A stretch of DNA of 63,142 nt, the filler included, from Candidatus Rokuibacteriota bacterium (GTDB lineage Bacteria > JAUVQV01 > DATDCY01): NCBI GenBank assembly GCA_031406795.1. It is 5 parts of 5 records of this genome, joined end to end, with 100 filler letters (N's around TTAATTAATTAA, not from the genome) between each part and the next. Parts side by side here need not be neighbours in the genome. Positions count along the whole stretch, not along the records: positions 49,826 to 61,504 come from JANOHV010000161.1; positions 61,605 to 63,142 come from JANOHV010000195.1; 3 more parts are not named here. One strand, given 5' to 3'. Each line of letters opens with the position of its first letter. The stretch's first letter is position 1. The notes below the pieces were generated by a model. The model did no database searches, was not told the origin of the DNA, and saw only the letters and a program-made list of their open reading frames with translations. Below, in pieces: positions 54,090 through 63,142 of the stretch. The position numbers were made by a program, and so were the translations under genes.

Positions 54090-55808
54090 TGGCTCAAGCA
54101 TGATAGGGCCGGGCAATCGCTCCAGCCGCTCACGCGCCTGCTGGAGGCCGGGCTTGAGTTCGAGCGCCCTGCGATACGCACCGGCAGCCTCCGGGATCCT
54201 CCCCTGGAGAGCCAGCACGTCCCCGAAGTTCGCATGGATTTCCGCCATTGCGGGGGCGATCTCCAGGGCGCGCCTCAGGTACGTCTCGGCTTCCGCGTAC
54301 CGCCCGAGCGCCGTGAGATCGACGCCGAGATTGTTCAGGGGCTGAGGGTTCCCCGGCTCCTGGCGCGCCGCGGCGCGGTATTCCAGCAGGGCCTGCTCCA
54401 GACGTCCCTGCCCCGAGAGCGCGAGCCCGAGGCTGTTGCGCGCGCCGGGGTAACGGGGGCGAAGCGCGAGCACGCGGCCGTAATGCGCCTCGGCCTTCGC
54501 GAAATCACCTCGGAGCCTCAGGATGTCCCCCAGGATCTGGTGCGCAAGGTAATTGTCGGCTGTCACCGCGAGCGTGTGCTCGAAGAGCGATGTGCCGCTG
54601 CGCCAGTGGGCGAGCTGACGGGACGTCGCCAGGGGGGCGGCCACGACCACGAACGCAGCCGCACACCCGATGACCGGCCGGAGCCTCGGGAAGAGCCGAA
54701 CCACGTCCCGCGCCCCCCACGCCGCCGCGAGGAAGATGCCGATCAGCGGCAGATAGGTGTACCGATCCGCGCGCGCTTGGGAGCCGACTTGCAAAAGGCC
54801 GATCACCGGCAGCAGGGTCGCCAGGTACCAGAGCCACCCCGTTGCCAGATACGGACACTGTCGCGCCAGGCGCACGACCACCGCCGAAACGGCTCCTACG
54901 ACGGCCAGCGCGGCTGCCGCGTCCGCCAGCGTCAGGGCGTGCACGGGATACGGATAGAAGACCGCCAGGCCGGCGGGCCAGATCGTCTTGCCGAGATAGA
55001 CGACATAGGACGAGATGGCGTTCACGAGGCTCGCAGAGAGCATGGCCTTCCGGAACGGCGCGGCGACCCTGTCGAAGTCCTCGAAAGCGAAGGCGCCGCT
55101 CTGGGTCTTCAGGGTCAGGTACCCCGCCGCCAGCGCAAGCGCGAGCAGGGGGAGTTTCTCCCGGAGCAGGTAGGCCATGTCCCGCAGTCGCCGCCCGCGG
55201 AGTCGCCCGAGCGGCCAGTAGTCGAGCAGCAGGCAGGCGAAGGGAAAGGTGACCACCATCGGCTTGGACATCAGGCCGAGCCCGAAAAGCGCGACCACGG
55301 CCAGCATCCTGCCGCGGCGGGGTTGCCGGACGTAGGCGAGATAGGCCGCCATGGCCGCCATCCAGAAGAAGGCGGCGAGGACGTCCTTGCGTTCGGCGAC
55401 CCAGGCCACCGATTCCACGTGCAGGGGGTGCAGCAGGAAAAGGAAGGCAGTGAATGCACTTGGCCAGACCGCACCGGTCATGCCGGCGAGGGTGAGGAAG
55501 AGGATGGTTCCGGAGGCCACGTGGAGCAGGACGCTCGTCAGGTGATGGCCGCCGGCCCAGCCGCCCCAGATCTGGGCGTCCAGCTGGTGCGACCACCAGG
55601 TGACCGGATGCCAGTTGCCGCCGTCGGTGGCGGTGAGCGACCAGCGAAAGCTCCCGACGGAGACGCCGTCCACTGCCTGCCGGTTGCCCGTGACGTAGAC
55701 GTGGTCGTCATAGGGAAGAAACTCGTGACCGGTGACGGGAACGAAGACCAGCAGCGCGGCAGCAGCAAGGATCACCGCGAGACCCGTTCGCACGCTCGCG
55801 CCGCTCAC
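54087..55808 (-). CDS. TMTC-like GT-C membrane glycosyltransferase with C-terminal TPRs
   Basis: YDDHVYV, NWHPVTWWSHQLD, HPLHVESVAWVAERKD, ADRYTYLP, TPRs; probable GTG start at 55808. Confidence 0.85.
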   Translation of the reverse strand: MSGASVRTGLAVILAAAALLVFVPVTGHEFLPYDDHVYVTGNRQAVDGVSVGSFRWSLTATDGGNWHPVTWWSHQLDAQIWGGWAGGHHLTSVLLHVASGTILFLTLAGMTGAVWPSAFTAFLFLLHPLHVESVAWVAERKDVLAAFFWMAAMAAYLAYVRQPRRGRMLAVVALFGLGLMSKPMVVTFPFACLLLDYWPLGRLRGRRLRDMAYLLREKLPLLALALAAGYLTLKTQSGAFAFEDFDRVAAPFRKAMLSASLVNAISSYVVYLGKTIWPAGLAVFYPYPVHALTLADAAAALAVVGAVSAVVVRLARQCPYLATGWLWYLATLLPVIGLLQVGSQARADRYTYLPLIGIFLAAAWGARDVVRLFPRLRPVIGCAAAFVVVAAPLATSRQLAHWRSGTSLFEHTLAVTADNYLAHQILGDILRLRGDFAKAEAHYGRVLALRPRYPGARNSLGLALSGQGRLEQALLEYRAAARQEPGNPQPLNNLGVDLTALGRYAEAETYLRRALEIAPAMAEIHANFGDVLALQGRIPEAAGAYRRALELKPGLQQARERLERLPGPIMLEP

Positions 55809-55852
55809 CCCGTCGTCTCCACAAGGGATTCTTCTCACATGGTCGGGAATTG

Positions 55853-58132
55853 TCAAGGCTCGGCGAGATCCGCGCCGAGGGCCGCCAATTCCGCGGCGAT
55901 GACGTCCTTGCCGGATGCGGCGTACGCCGCCGTGAGAGCGGCCCGGGCCTCGGGAAAGCGTCCGAACTGGCGCAACGCCTTGCCGTGAAGATACCAGGCG
56001 AAGTGACCGGGCGGGGTCCCGTCGGCCCAACGCCCGAGGCCGCCGAGGATGTGCTCCTCCCACAGCAGCGGCTCGGCGCGTATGCTCATCGCGCCGAGGT
56101 AGGCCTGCGCGGCTTCCTCGAAGCGGCCGGCATCGAAGAGCGCGGCGGCAAGGCCGATCTTCAGGTCGCGGGCCTCGGGAAGCAGCGACGATGCCTGCAG
56201 CAGCCTGGCCGCGGCAACCGGTCCTCTTCCGAATTCCAGCGCCGCGAGTCCCAGATAGTACTCCGCGTCCGCTGCGTCGAAATAGCGGCCGATCCTGGCG
56301 GCGAAGGGCGCCTCGCCGGTCAGAACGGCCAGAGCGGCCAGCACCTGCGGGTCGCCGGGGCTCCGGGAGAGAGCGTCCCGGAGCAAGCCGACTGCGCCCG
56401 TCTCGTCCCCGCGGCGAGCGGCGATCAGGGCCAGCCAGTAGACGGGGTCGGCCACGCGCTGGCGCCTGCGCAGGAGGCGGGCGCCCCCGGCCTCCAGTCC
56501 CGACAACAGTGCTTCCGCCTCATCGAGGCGCTTGGCGTCGAGCAACAGCAACGCGCGGTCGAGGCGAGCGGTCGGGCTGTCCGGCCGGGTCTGCCGCACC
56601 AGCGCCTCGGCACGGGCAGCGAGCCATGTTCCCTGAACGGGCAGGCGTTCCGGCCGGGAGCCGCCGTGAAATGCCCAGGGCGCCAGCGCCAGGGCCCCGG
56701 CATGAGCCTCGGCGGCCTCGGGGAGCCGGCCCTGATCGCGCAGTTCGAGTGTGCGCTCGACGGCTGCAGGGAGAGAGCTTGCCGCGGCCATCGTCTCCTC
56801 GTCGTCCCGGGTGAGACCGTTGCCCAGCGACAGAGCGACAACCAGCAGGGCGACGATCATCGACCATTTCAGCCGGGCGTGGTGCCTCAGGATCCCCTGG
56901 AGGCCGATGGCGGCAAAGAAGCAGAGAAAGGGCCAGAGGGAGAGACGTTGCCGCTCTGAAGCGTAGGTGGCGGCCATGGTGAAGAGCTGCAGGCCGAAGC
57001 CCGCATAAGCGATCAGGCCGGTTCGCCAGCAGTTTCGCCAGAGAAGGAGACCGGCAAGGGCCAGCGCAGCCACCGGCGCCGCCGGCACCGGCGTCGGCAG
57101 CCTCGCGGTGATCATCCGGTCGGCAAGCCACGCCACCCGCAGGTCGTGCCAGCGGTGGGAGTGAAAGGCGAAAAACACCTTGCGAACCACCGCCCCCGCC
57201 CAGATACCAGGATTGTCGGATGCGAAGGCCAGCGCTTTGGCGGCCCACCAGGAATTCGTCTCGCCTCTGGTGAGTTCCCGTCCCTCACTTCTGCCGGCCG
57301 CGAGGCGATAGAGGGCGTGCTGGTAGTCGCTCTGTTCGGGAAAATCGTCCGTCAGGGCGACGACGAGCTCCGGGTATTCCGCCCTCACCCCCTCGGAGAG
57401 CGGGTTGTTGCCGTCGTAGAAGACCGTCCCCGGGTTCATCGTCGAAATCGAGGGGGGGGCCGGTGCGAGCGCGAGAGTAAACGCCGCCCACACGAAGGCG
57501 AAGGCGGCGAGGAAGGCGCCGGAGACGCGGAGGGCGTCTTTCCTGCCGGGGGCGAGCCCGACGGCGGCGGGGAGAACGGCGAGCAGCGGCCAGAATCCCG
57601 GCCTCGTCAGAACGCACAGCGCGAGCGCGACCCCGGCAGCGGCGAAGGACGGCGTGCCGCTGTTTCCCGCGAAGAGCAGCAGAAGCGCGATCCAGAGGAC
57701 CATGAGCGCCTCCGGCTCGAACACGTAGGCATGCGCGATGAGACCCGGATACAGGGCGAGCGCCGCCGCCCCGAACAAAGCCGCGAGTGCGCTCGTGTGC
57801 CGGCGCAGCGCCAGGTAGAGCGCGCCGGTCGCGACCGCAACGCAGGCGCACTGGATTCGCACGAGCGCAAGGAAGGGGTCGGAGGCGTGGGTGTTGAGCC
57901 AGACGCAGAGACGCAAGTAGAGGGGGCTGAAATCAAGGGCGCGCTCGGCACCGAGCTTTCCCGCGGCGAATTGTTCGGCGGCCAGCGGGTACTTGGAGAA
58001 ATTCCCCAGGCTCTCCCGCAAGCCGGACAAGAGAAAATGATACAGCAGAAACGTGAACGCCGTGAGAACGGCCGCGATCAGCAGTTCGCCGTGGGATCGG
58101 CGTTGACCCTCGCCGTGGTCAACCGTGTTCAA
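55853..58132 (-). CDS. ArnT/PMT-like GT-C membrane glycosyltransferase with TPR-like C-terminus
   Basis: Multiple TM helices; DFSPLY, EPEAL, LTRP, FYDGNNP motifs; helical repeat tail; TTG start. Confidence 0.65.
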   Translation of the reverse strand: MNTVDHGEGQRRSHGELLIAAVLTAFTFLLYHFLLSGLRESLGNFSKYPLAAEQFAAGKLGAERALDFSPLYLRLCVWLNTHASDPFLALVRIQCACVAVATGALYLALRRHTSALAALFGAAALALYPGLIAHAYVFEPEALMVLWIALLLLFAGNSGTPSFAAAGVALALCVLTRPGFWPLLAVLPAAVGLAPGRKDALRVSGAFLAAFAFVWAAFTLALAPAPPSISTMNPGTVFYDGNNPLSEGVRAEYPELVVALTDDFPEQSDYQHALYRLAAGRSEGRELTRGETNSWWAAKALAFASDNPGIWAGAVVRKVFFAFHSHRWHDLRVAWLADRMITARLPTPVPAAPVAALALAGLLLWRNCWRTGLIAYAGFGLQLFTMAATYASERQRLSLWPFLCFFAAIGLQGILRHHARLKWSMIVALLVVALSLGNGLTRDDEETMAAASSLPAAVERTLELRDQGRLPEAAEAHAGALALAPWAFHGGSRPERLPVQGTWLAARAEALVRQTRPDSPTARLDRALLLLDAKRLDEAEALLSGLEAGGARLLRRRQRVADPVYWLALIAARRGDETGAVGLLRDALSRSPGDPQVLAALAVLTGEAPFAARIGRYFDAADAEYYLGLAALEFGRGPVAAARLLQASSLLPEARDLKIGLAAALFDAGRFEEAAQAYLGAMSIRAEPLLWEEHILGGLGRWADGTPPGHFAWYLHGKALRQFGRFPEARAALTAAYAASGKDVIAAELAALGADLAEP

Positions 58133-58384
58133 GGGCTCAAGAAAGAATCACGAGAGCCGGCCTACAGAACCCACCATTTTGTCAACATAGGAACGAACCA
58201 GGGTGATGTCAAGAATCAAATCTCTGCCCCAAATCCGCGCGTCACGCGCGGATGAGTGTCCCACGTGATCCTTGATCTGAACCAATCCAGCCGTGCGTAA
58301 GCAACACACCGGTTTTCAAGAGGTTAATTGTTCGCTGTGCTACTGCTACAATTCACCGATGGGCGCTGTAATTCAATTCGCGCG

Positions 58385-60118
58385 ATGAGGGCTCGCCGGA
58401 CCCCAGTGCGTGAGGGATCGGAGCAATCTGCCGCGACGAGCCACCGTGCGCGAGCGGCGGGGGCCGTGATCGCGCTGACGCTGGTCCTCATTGCCGTGGC
58501 GGCGTTTCTGCCCGTGCGGCTCAACGGTTTCATCCTTTTCGACGACCCGGCGTACATCACCCGCAATGAGCACGTGGCCGGGGGGGTGACGGCCGCGGGT
58601 CTGGTCTGGGCGTTCACCAGCGCCGCCTCGGATAACTGGCACCCGCTGACGTGGCTGTCCCACATGCTCGACGTCTCGCTGTTCGGCATGAGCCCCGCGG
58701 CCCACCACCTCACGAGCTTGCTGCTGCACGCGCTCAGCGGCGCCTTGCTCTTCCTCGTCCTCGCCGGCATGACCGGCCGGCTCTGGCGCAGCGCCGCAGT
58801 GGCCGCCCTCTTTGCGGTGCACCCGCTCCACGTCGAATCGGTGGCCTGGGCCGCGGAGCGGAAGGATGTGCTGAGCGGCCTCTTCTGGGTGCTCACGATG
58901 GGCAGCTACCTGCGCTATGCCCGCCGTCCCGGTGCGGGACGGTACGCCGCCGTTGTCGCGTCCTTCGCCCTCGGCTTGCTGACGAAGCAGATGCTGGTCA
59001 CGCTGCCGGTGGTGCTCCTGCTTCTCGATTGGTGGCCGCTGGGAAGATTCGCTCCGGGCCGCCAGGGCGCCCCGTTCCCCGGCAGCCGCACCCCGGGCCG
59101 CCTGATCGTCGAAAAGATCCCGCTGCTTGCGCTCTCGGGTGCGGCCGGTGCCGCGGTCTTTCTTGTGCAACGGCAGTCGGGCGCCGTGAAGAACTTCGAT
59201 CTCATCCCGTTGGTCCCTCGGGTGTTCAACGCGATCGTCTCCTACGCCGGCTACCTGGGCAAGATGGCGTGGCCCTTCGACCTGTCGCTGCTCTATCCGC
59301 ACCCCGGGCCAGGACTCTCTCTCGTCGCCGTCTTTATCTCGCTGGGCGCGCTGCTGGCCGTGTCCCTCGCCGCGCGTGCCACGGCGCAGGAGCGTCCCTG
59401 GCTGGTCGTCGGCTGGCTCTGGTACCTCGTGACGCTGCTGCCGGTGAGCGGCATCGTCCAGGTGGGCTGGCAGTCGATGGCGGACCGTTACACGTATCTC
59501 CCGCTGATCGGCATTTTTCTGATGCTCGCCTGGGAGGCCGGCGAGCGAGCCGCCACCAGACGCGCCAGGCAGGTCCTGTCAGCGGGGGTGCTGCTGCTGC
59601 TCGCCGGTCTTGGCGCGCTGACCTGGAGGCAGACCTTGTTCTGGCACGACAGCGTCAGCGTCTTCGCGCGCGCGGTGGCGGTGACCTCCGACAACGTGAT
59701 GGCGGAGTATCTTCTGGGCAAGGCTCAGCGGATTGCGGGAAACCCCGCCGAGGCGATCTCTCATCTGCGGGAGGCGATCCGGATCAATCCCCGCTTTCCG
59801 CCCAGCTTCGCCGAAATAGCGCCGCTGCTCTTCGAACGCGGCGACGCCGAAGGGGCGATCCGCGCCTACGAGCGGTACCTGCAGCTGGAACCGGAGAGCG
59901 CGTCGATTCACAACAATCTCGGCTATGCGCTGGCTCGGCTGGGGCGGCCCGAGCGGGCGCTCAAGCACTTCGATGCCGCGCTGCGGATCGATCCGCTCTA
60001 CGCACGGGCGCGGGTGAACGCTGCGGAGTCGCTCGCCGCCCTCGGCCGTGACGCGGAGGCCGCGGAGCAGATGCGCCTGGCCCTGGAGACCGACCGCACG
60101 CTTCGCCGCCTCCCTTGA
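58385..60118 (+). CDS. TMTC-like GT-C membrane glycosyltransferase with C-terminal TPRs
   Basis: FDDPAYI, NWHPLTWLSHMLD, HPLHVESVAWAAERKD, ADRYTYLP, TPRs. Confidence 0.87.
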   Translation: MRARRTPVREGSEQSAATSHRARAAGAVIALTLVLIAVAAFLPVRLNGFILFDDPAYITRNEHVAGGVTAAGLVWAFTSAASDNWHPLTWLSHMLDVSLFGMSPAAHHLTSLLLHALSGALLFLVLAGMTGRLWRSAAVAALFAVHPLHVESVAWAAERKDVLSGLFWVLTMGSYLRYARRPGAGRYAAVVASFALGLLTKQMLVTLPVVLLLLDWWPLGRFAPGRQGAPFPGSRTPGRLIVEKIPLLALSGAAGAAVFLVQRQSGAVKNFDLIPLVPRVFNAIVSYAGYLGKMAWPFDLSLLYPHPGPGLSLVAVFISLGALLAVSLAARATAQERPWLVVGWLWYLVTLLPVSGIVQVGWQSMADRYTYLPLIGIFLMLAWEAGERAATRRARQVLSAGVLLLLAGLGALTWRQTLFWHDSVSVFARAVAVTSDNVMAEYLLGKAQRIAGNPAEAISHLREAIRINPRFPPSFAEIAPLLFERGDAEGAIRAYERYLQLEPESASIHNNLGYALARLGRPERALKHFDAALRIDPLYARARVNAAESLAALGRDAEAAEQMRLALETDRTLRRLP

Positions 60119-60228
60119 CTTTGGTCGCCGGTACCCCGAAAATCCTCCCGCCGGGCGGTCCGGAAGGACTGCCGGGGGGGCGCCGTCTCGAGGGGGAGAA
60201 GGACATTCCTGGGGGAGTCAGGGGGCGC

Positions 60229-61504
60229 ATGCGTCCGGCTGCACGAGACGGAAAGCGCGCTGGGTCTCCCGGTGCCCTGTCTGCGGCAGGACGGGGGACC
60301 GGTCGCTCCCTCCTGATGTGTCTGCTGCTCATGTGCCTGACCTGGGCCGCTTTCTCCCCGTCGCTTCAGAACGGCTTTGTGGCGCTGGACGACAACGAAT
60401 ACCTTGTTCAGAATCCCGCCGTCCAAAAGGGGCTCACGACCCGGAGTGTCGCGTGGGCCTTCACGACCTTTCACTCGGCGAACTGGCATCCGCTGACGTG
60501 GCTGTCGCACCTGCTCGATGTGGAGCTGTTCGGGCTGGTACCCGCCGGTCACCACGCCATGAGCCTGGCGCTTCATGCGGCGAACGCCTCCCTGCTGTTT
60601 CTCCTGGTGCGCGACCTGACCGGCATGTTTTGGGGTGGCGCATTCGTTGCGGCGCTTTTTGCGGTCCATCCGCTGCATGTCGAGTCCGTCGCCTGGGCTG
60701 CGGAGCGCAAGGATCTGCTCTCGATGTTCTTTGCGCTGACCGCGACGATCGCCTATCTCCGGCAGCTCCGGCGTCGAGGGCCGCACCGGGCGTGGCTTGT
60801 CCCGCTGCTCTTCGCGTGCTCGCTGCTGGCCAAGCAGATGATGATAACGCTGCCGTTGTTGCTGCTGCTCCTAGACTGGTGGGCGCTGGGACGATGGCGC
60901 CCGGGCGGCACGGCCCCGGGACGCGACCGGTCGTGGCGGGATTGCCTCCCGGCGGTGGCGCTGTGGCGGGAGAAGGCGGCTCTTGTTCTGCTGACGCTCG
61001 GAGCGGCAGCGATCACCTACCGCGTTCACGAGATCGGGGGTGCGCTCGCCGAGCGCCTCCCGCTGGCGCAGCGGCTTGCCAACGCTCTGTGCGCGTACCG
61101 CGGTTATCTGGTGAAGATGTTCTGGCCGAGCGACCTTGCGCCCTTCTATCCCTACCCGGTCATGACGCCCGCCTTTGCTCTCGACGCCGCGCTCTCTCTG
61201 GTGCTCTTGGCCGGTTTGACCATGTTCGTCGTGCGCGGCGCCCGCGCCCGCCCCTCTCTGGCCGTCGGCTGGTTCTGGTACCTGGGCAGCCTCGTTCCGG
61301 TCATCGGTATTGTCCAGATCGGCGCCCAGGCGATGGCCGATCGCTATACCTACTGGGCCCTGACGGGGCTGTTCCTCGCGCTGGCCACCGGACTTGCGAC
61401 GGCGTGGCCCAGGTTCCCCCGGCTGCGGCTGGCCTCGGTCGTACTGGCGATCGGCGTCACGCTGCTGCTCGCTGGTCTGTCCCGCCGGCAGGTGCGTCAC
61501 TGGA
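60229..61504 (+). CDS. TMTC-like GT-C membrane glycosyltransferase (3'-truncated)
   Basis: LDDNEYL, NWHPLTWLSHLLD, HPLHVESVAWAAERKD, ADRYTY; runs into the spacer. Confidence 0.85.
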
Positions 61505-61604
61505 NNNNNNNNNNNNNNNNNNNNNNNNNNNNNNNNNNNNNNNNNNNNTTAATTAATTAANNNNNNNNNNNNNNNNNNNNNNNNNNNNNNNNNNNNNNNN
61601 NNNN
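61505..61604. other. Artificial contig-joining spacer
   Basis: N44-TTAATTAATTAA-N44. Confidence 0.98.
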
Positions 61605-62361
61605 CCGGGAAACGCCAGCCGGCCGTGCCCGGCGACCACTGGTAGCCGGAGGCAAACCACGCCATCGCCGCGCCCATGACCAGCAGGATCACGGCGGCGG
61701 GCGTCCGCCCGCCGGACCCGCCGTTTTTTCCTGCGCGCAGCCACAGCAGCAGTGCGAGGCCGATCGTCGCGGGCGCGCTGACAAAACCATAGCCGGTGAA
61801 GAGCGCGAGCGTCCCGCCGAGGCCGACTCCCACCGTCCGGGCGACGGATCTTTCCGCGCTCCAGGCCCAGGCGAGGAGAAGGACGAGCAGGAGCGGAAGG
61901 ATCTTGGCGCCGACGAAGATCGTGAACGTCAGCGTCTCCCAATGGAGCGGGCTGAGCAGGAGGAGCGGGAAAGCCGCGTCGGTCCAGGCCAGGCGGCCGC
62001 GCAGGCGGACGGACAGCGTGAGCGCCACCAAGGTCGCGAGGACCAACACCACGACCCCGGCCCAGGCCTCGGCGCGGACGTCCCAGCCGGTGGCGCCATA
62101 GAGATACCAGTTGAGCACCCCGCCGAGACCCATTCGCGGCGGGCCGTGCTGCTGGAGAAAGGCGGCCCAGGGACCCCGGCCATCGAGGAGCGGCCAGAGC
62201 GCGTCCCACTGGTCGTTGTAGAGGACGTCCACGGCGTTGTCGTGGACGAACCCGGCGAGCCGGATGAGGCACACGGCGAAAATGCCGCAGACCAGGGCCG
62301 CCGCCCACGGCCGGGCGGAGGCGCGGGGCGCGGGGTTATCCTCAGCGGTTGGAATTTTCAT
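61605..62361 (-). CDS. Polytopic membrane protein, possible GT-C fold (3'-truncated)
   Basis: Several TM helices; an early periplasmic loop with DVLYNDQWD and QHGPPR. Confidence 0.6.
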
Positions 62362-62438
62362 TCGCTGCAGGCCAGATACCCCGCGGCTCCGGTCTCCGTG
62401 GACGCGGCCACAGGAGAATAAGCCTGCTTCGGTTCGGA

Positions 62439-62490
62439 TGTAGCAGCGGTGGTGACACCGCTGGCCAGCCGTCTGACGACGGCTGCTACA
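62439..62490. repeat. REP-like double hairpin
   Basis: TGTAGCAGC...GCTGCTACA termini enclose CAGCGGTG-gtga-CACCGCTG and CAGCCGTC-tgac-GACGGCTG. Confidence 0.7.
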
Positions 62491-62559
62491 TTATGTAGAA
62501 TGGGTGGACGCACTGGCAAAGTGGTTACGGCAAAATGCGGGGGGCGGCCGGCGCGGTCG

Positions 62560-63142
62560 TCACGCGGCGGGGTTGCGCCAGCGGAGGAAGGTCAGGAGCA
62601 AAATCTGGCAGTCGAGCCAGAGCGACCAGTTCTCGATGTAGAAAATATCGTAGCGAATGCGCTCGGCGAGGTCGGTGTCGCCGCGCAGGCCGTTGATCTG
62701 GGCCCAGCCGGTCATGCCGGGGTTCACGAGGTGGCGCGGCAGGTAGTGCGGAATCACCGCGGAGAGCTGCTCGACATGGTGCGGGCGCTCGGGGCGCGGG
62801 CCGACGAGGCTCATGTCGCCGCGCAGGACGTTCCAATATTGGGGCAGCTCGTCGAGGTTCCAGCGGCGCAGGAAGGCGCCGATGCGCAGGAGGCGTGGGT
62901 CGCCCGCCTTGGTGCTCTGGTTGTCGGCGTCGCTTACGTCGGCGTCGGGCCGCATGGAGCGGAGCTTGTAGAGTGTGAACTCGCGGTGCCCGGCGCCCAC
63001 GCGCGTCTGGCGGAAGAACACGGGGCCGCCGGGCGACTCGGCCTTGATCAGGGCGGCGAGGATGGCGAGCACCGGGGCGGACACGGCCAGACCGACGAGC
63101 GCGCCGATGAGGTCGATCAGGCGCTTGGCGGCGCGGTTGAAC
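62560..63142 (-). CDS. Undecaprenyl-phosphate sugar-1-phosphate transferase (WcaJ/WbaP family), 5'-truncated
   Basis: KRLIDL, GPVFFRQTRVG, LDELPQYWNVLRGDMSLVGPRPERP, PGMTGWAQING, DIFYIENWSLWLD. Confidence 0.92.
   Translation of the reverse strand, partial: FNRAAKRLIDLIGALVGLAVSAPVLAILAALIKAESPGGPVFFRQTRVGAGHREFTLYKLRSMRPDADVSDADNQSTKAGDPRLLRIGAFLRRWNLDELPQYWNVLRGDMSLVGPRPERPHHVEQLSAVIPHYLPRHLVNPGMTGWAQINGLRGDTDLAERIRYDIFYIENWSLWLDCQILLLTFLRWRNPAA

Noticed and set aside
54063-55988. 641-aa plus-strand ORF (and similar ORFs at 55850-56959 and 57146-58255)
   Set aside because: Antisense shadows of the GT-C/TPR genes, with no motifs of their own.
20475-61604. Four identical N-flanked TTAATTAATTAA motifs that look like a dispersed repeat
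   Set aside because: They have a fixed 100-bp format with stops in all six frames and truncate genes on both sides: contig-concatenation linkers, not biology. ORFs ending in XXX-LIN are artefacts of them.

Overview
This is a GC-rich bacterial window made of five unrelated-looking contigs joined by four artificial 100-bp N/TTAATTAATTAA spacers (20475-20574, 33815-33914, 49726-49825, 61505-61604), so genes on opposite sides of a spacer are not known to be neighbours. Contig 1: the right end of an ISKra4-type IS, an outer-membrane beta-barrel, prfC, a complete three-gene myxobacterial-type pfa1-pfa2-pfa3 PUFA-synthase operon with a fused C-terminal acyltransferase (AGPAT), and a truncated multicopper oxidase. 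Contig 2: phoU(3')-ppx, purA, tRNA-Lys and tRNA-Glu, a debris zone hiding a 64-aa dual-CXXC candidate selenoprotein (in-frame UGA plus SECIS-like hairpin; absent from the ORF track), a hybrid histidine kinase, a divergent RlmN-like radical SAM enzyme and an ExeA-ATPase/large-TPR pair. Contig 3: a surface-polysaccharide locus. Contig 4: the 3' end of a c-type cytochrome (one CXXCH and a possible CX34CH site), a LamG/Ig-like surface protein, an unannotated 20-aa peptide gene (MKKVKYTKPMVVKGSSVHPC) with its own RBS and terminator that looks like a RiPP precursor, a ResB-like heme-attachment gene and four GT-C/TPR glycosyltransferases. Contig 5: a membrane protein and a sugar-phosphate transferase. 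The best candidates for new biology are the peptide/cytochrome/ResB module, the pfa cluster and the selenoprotein. All family calls come from motif recognition by eye; no database searches were run.
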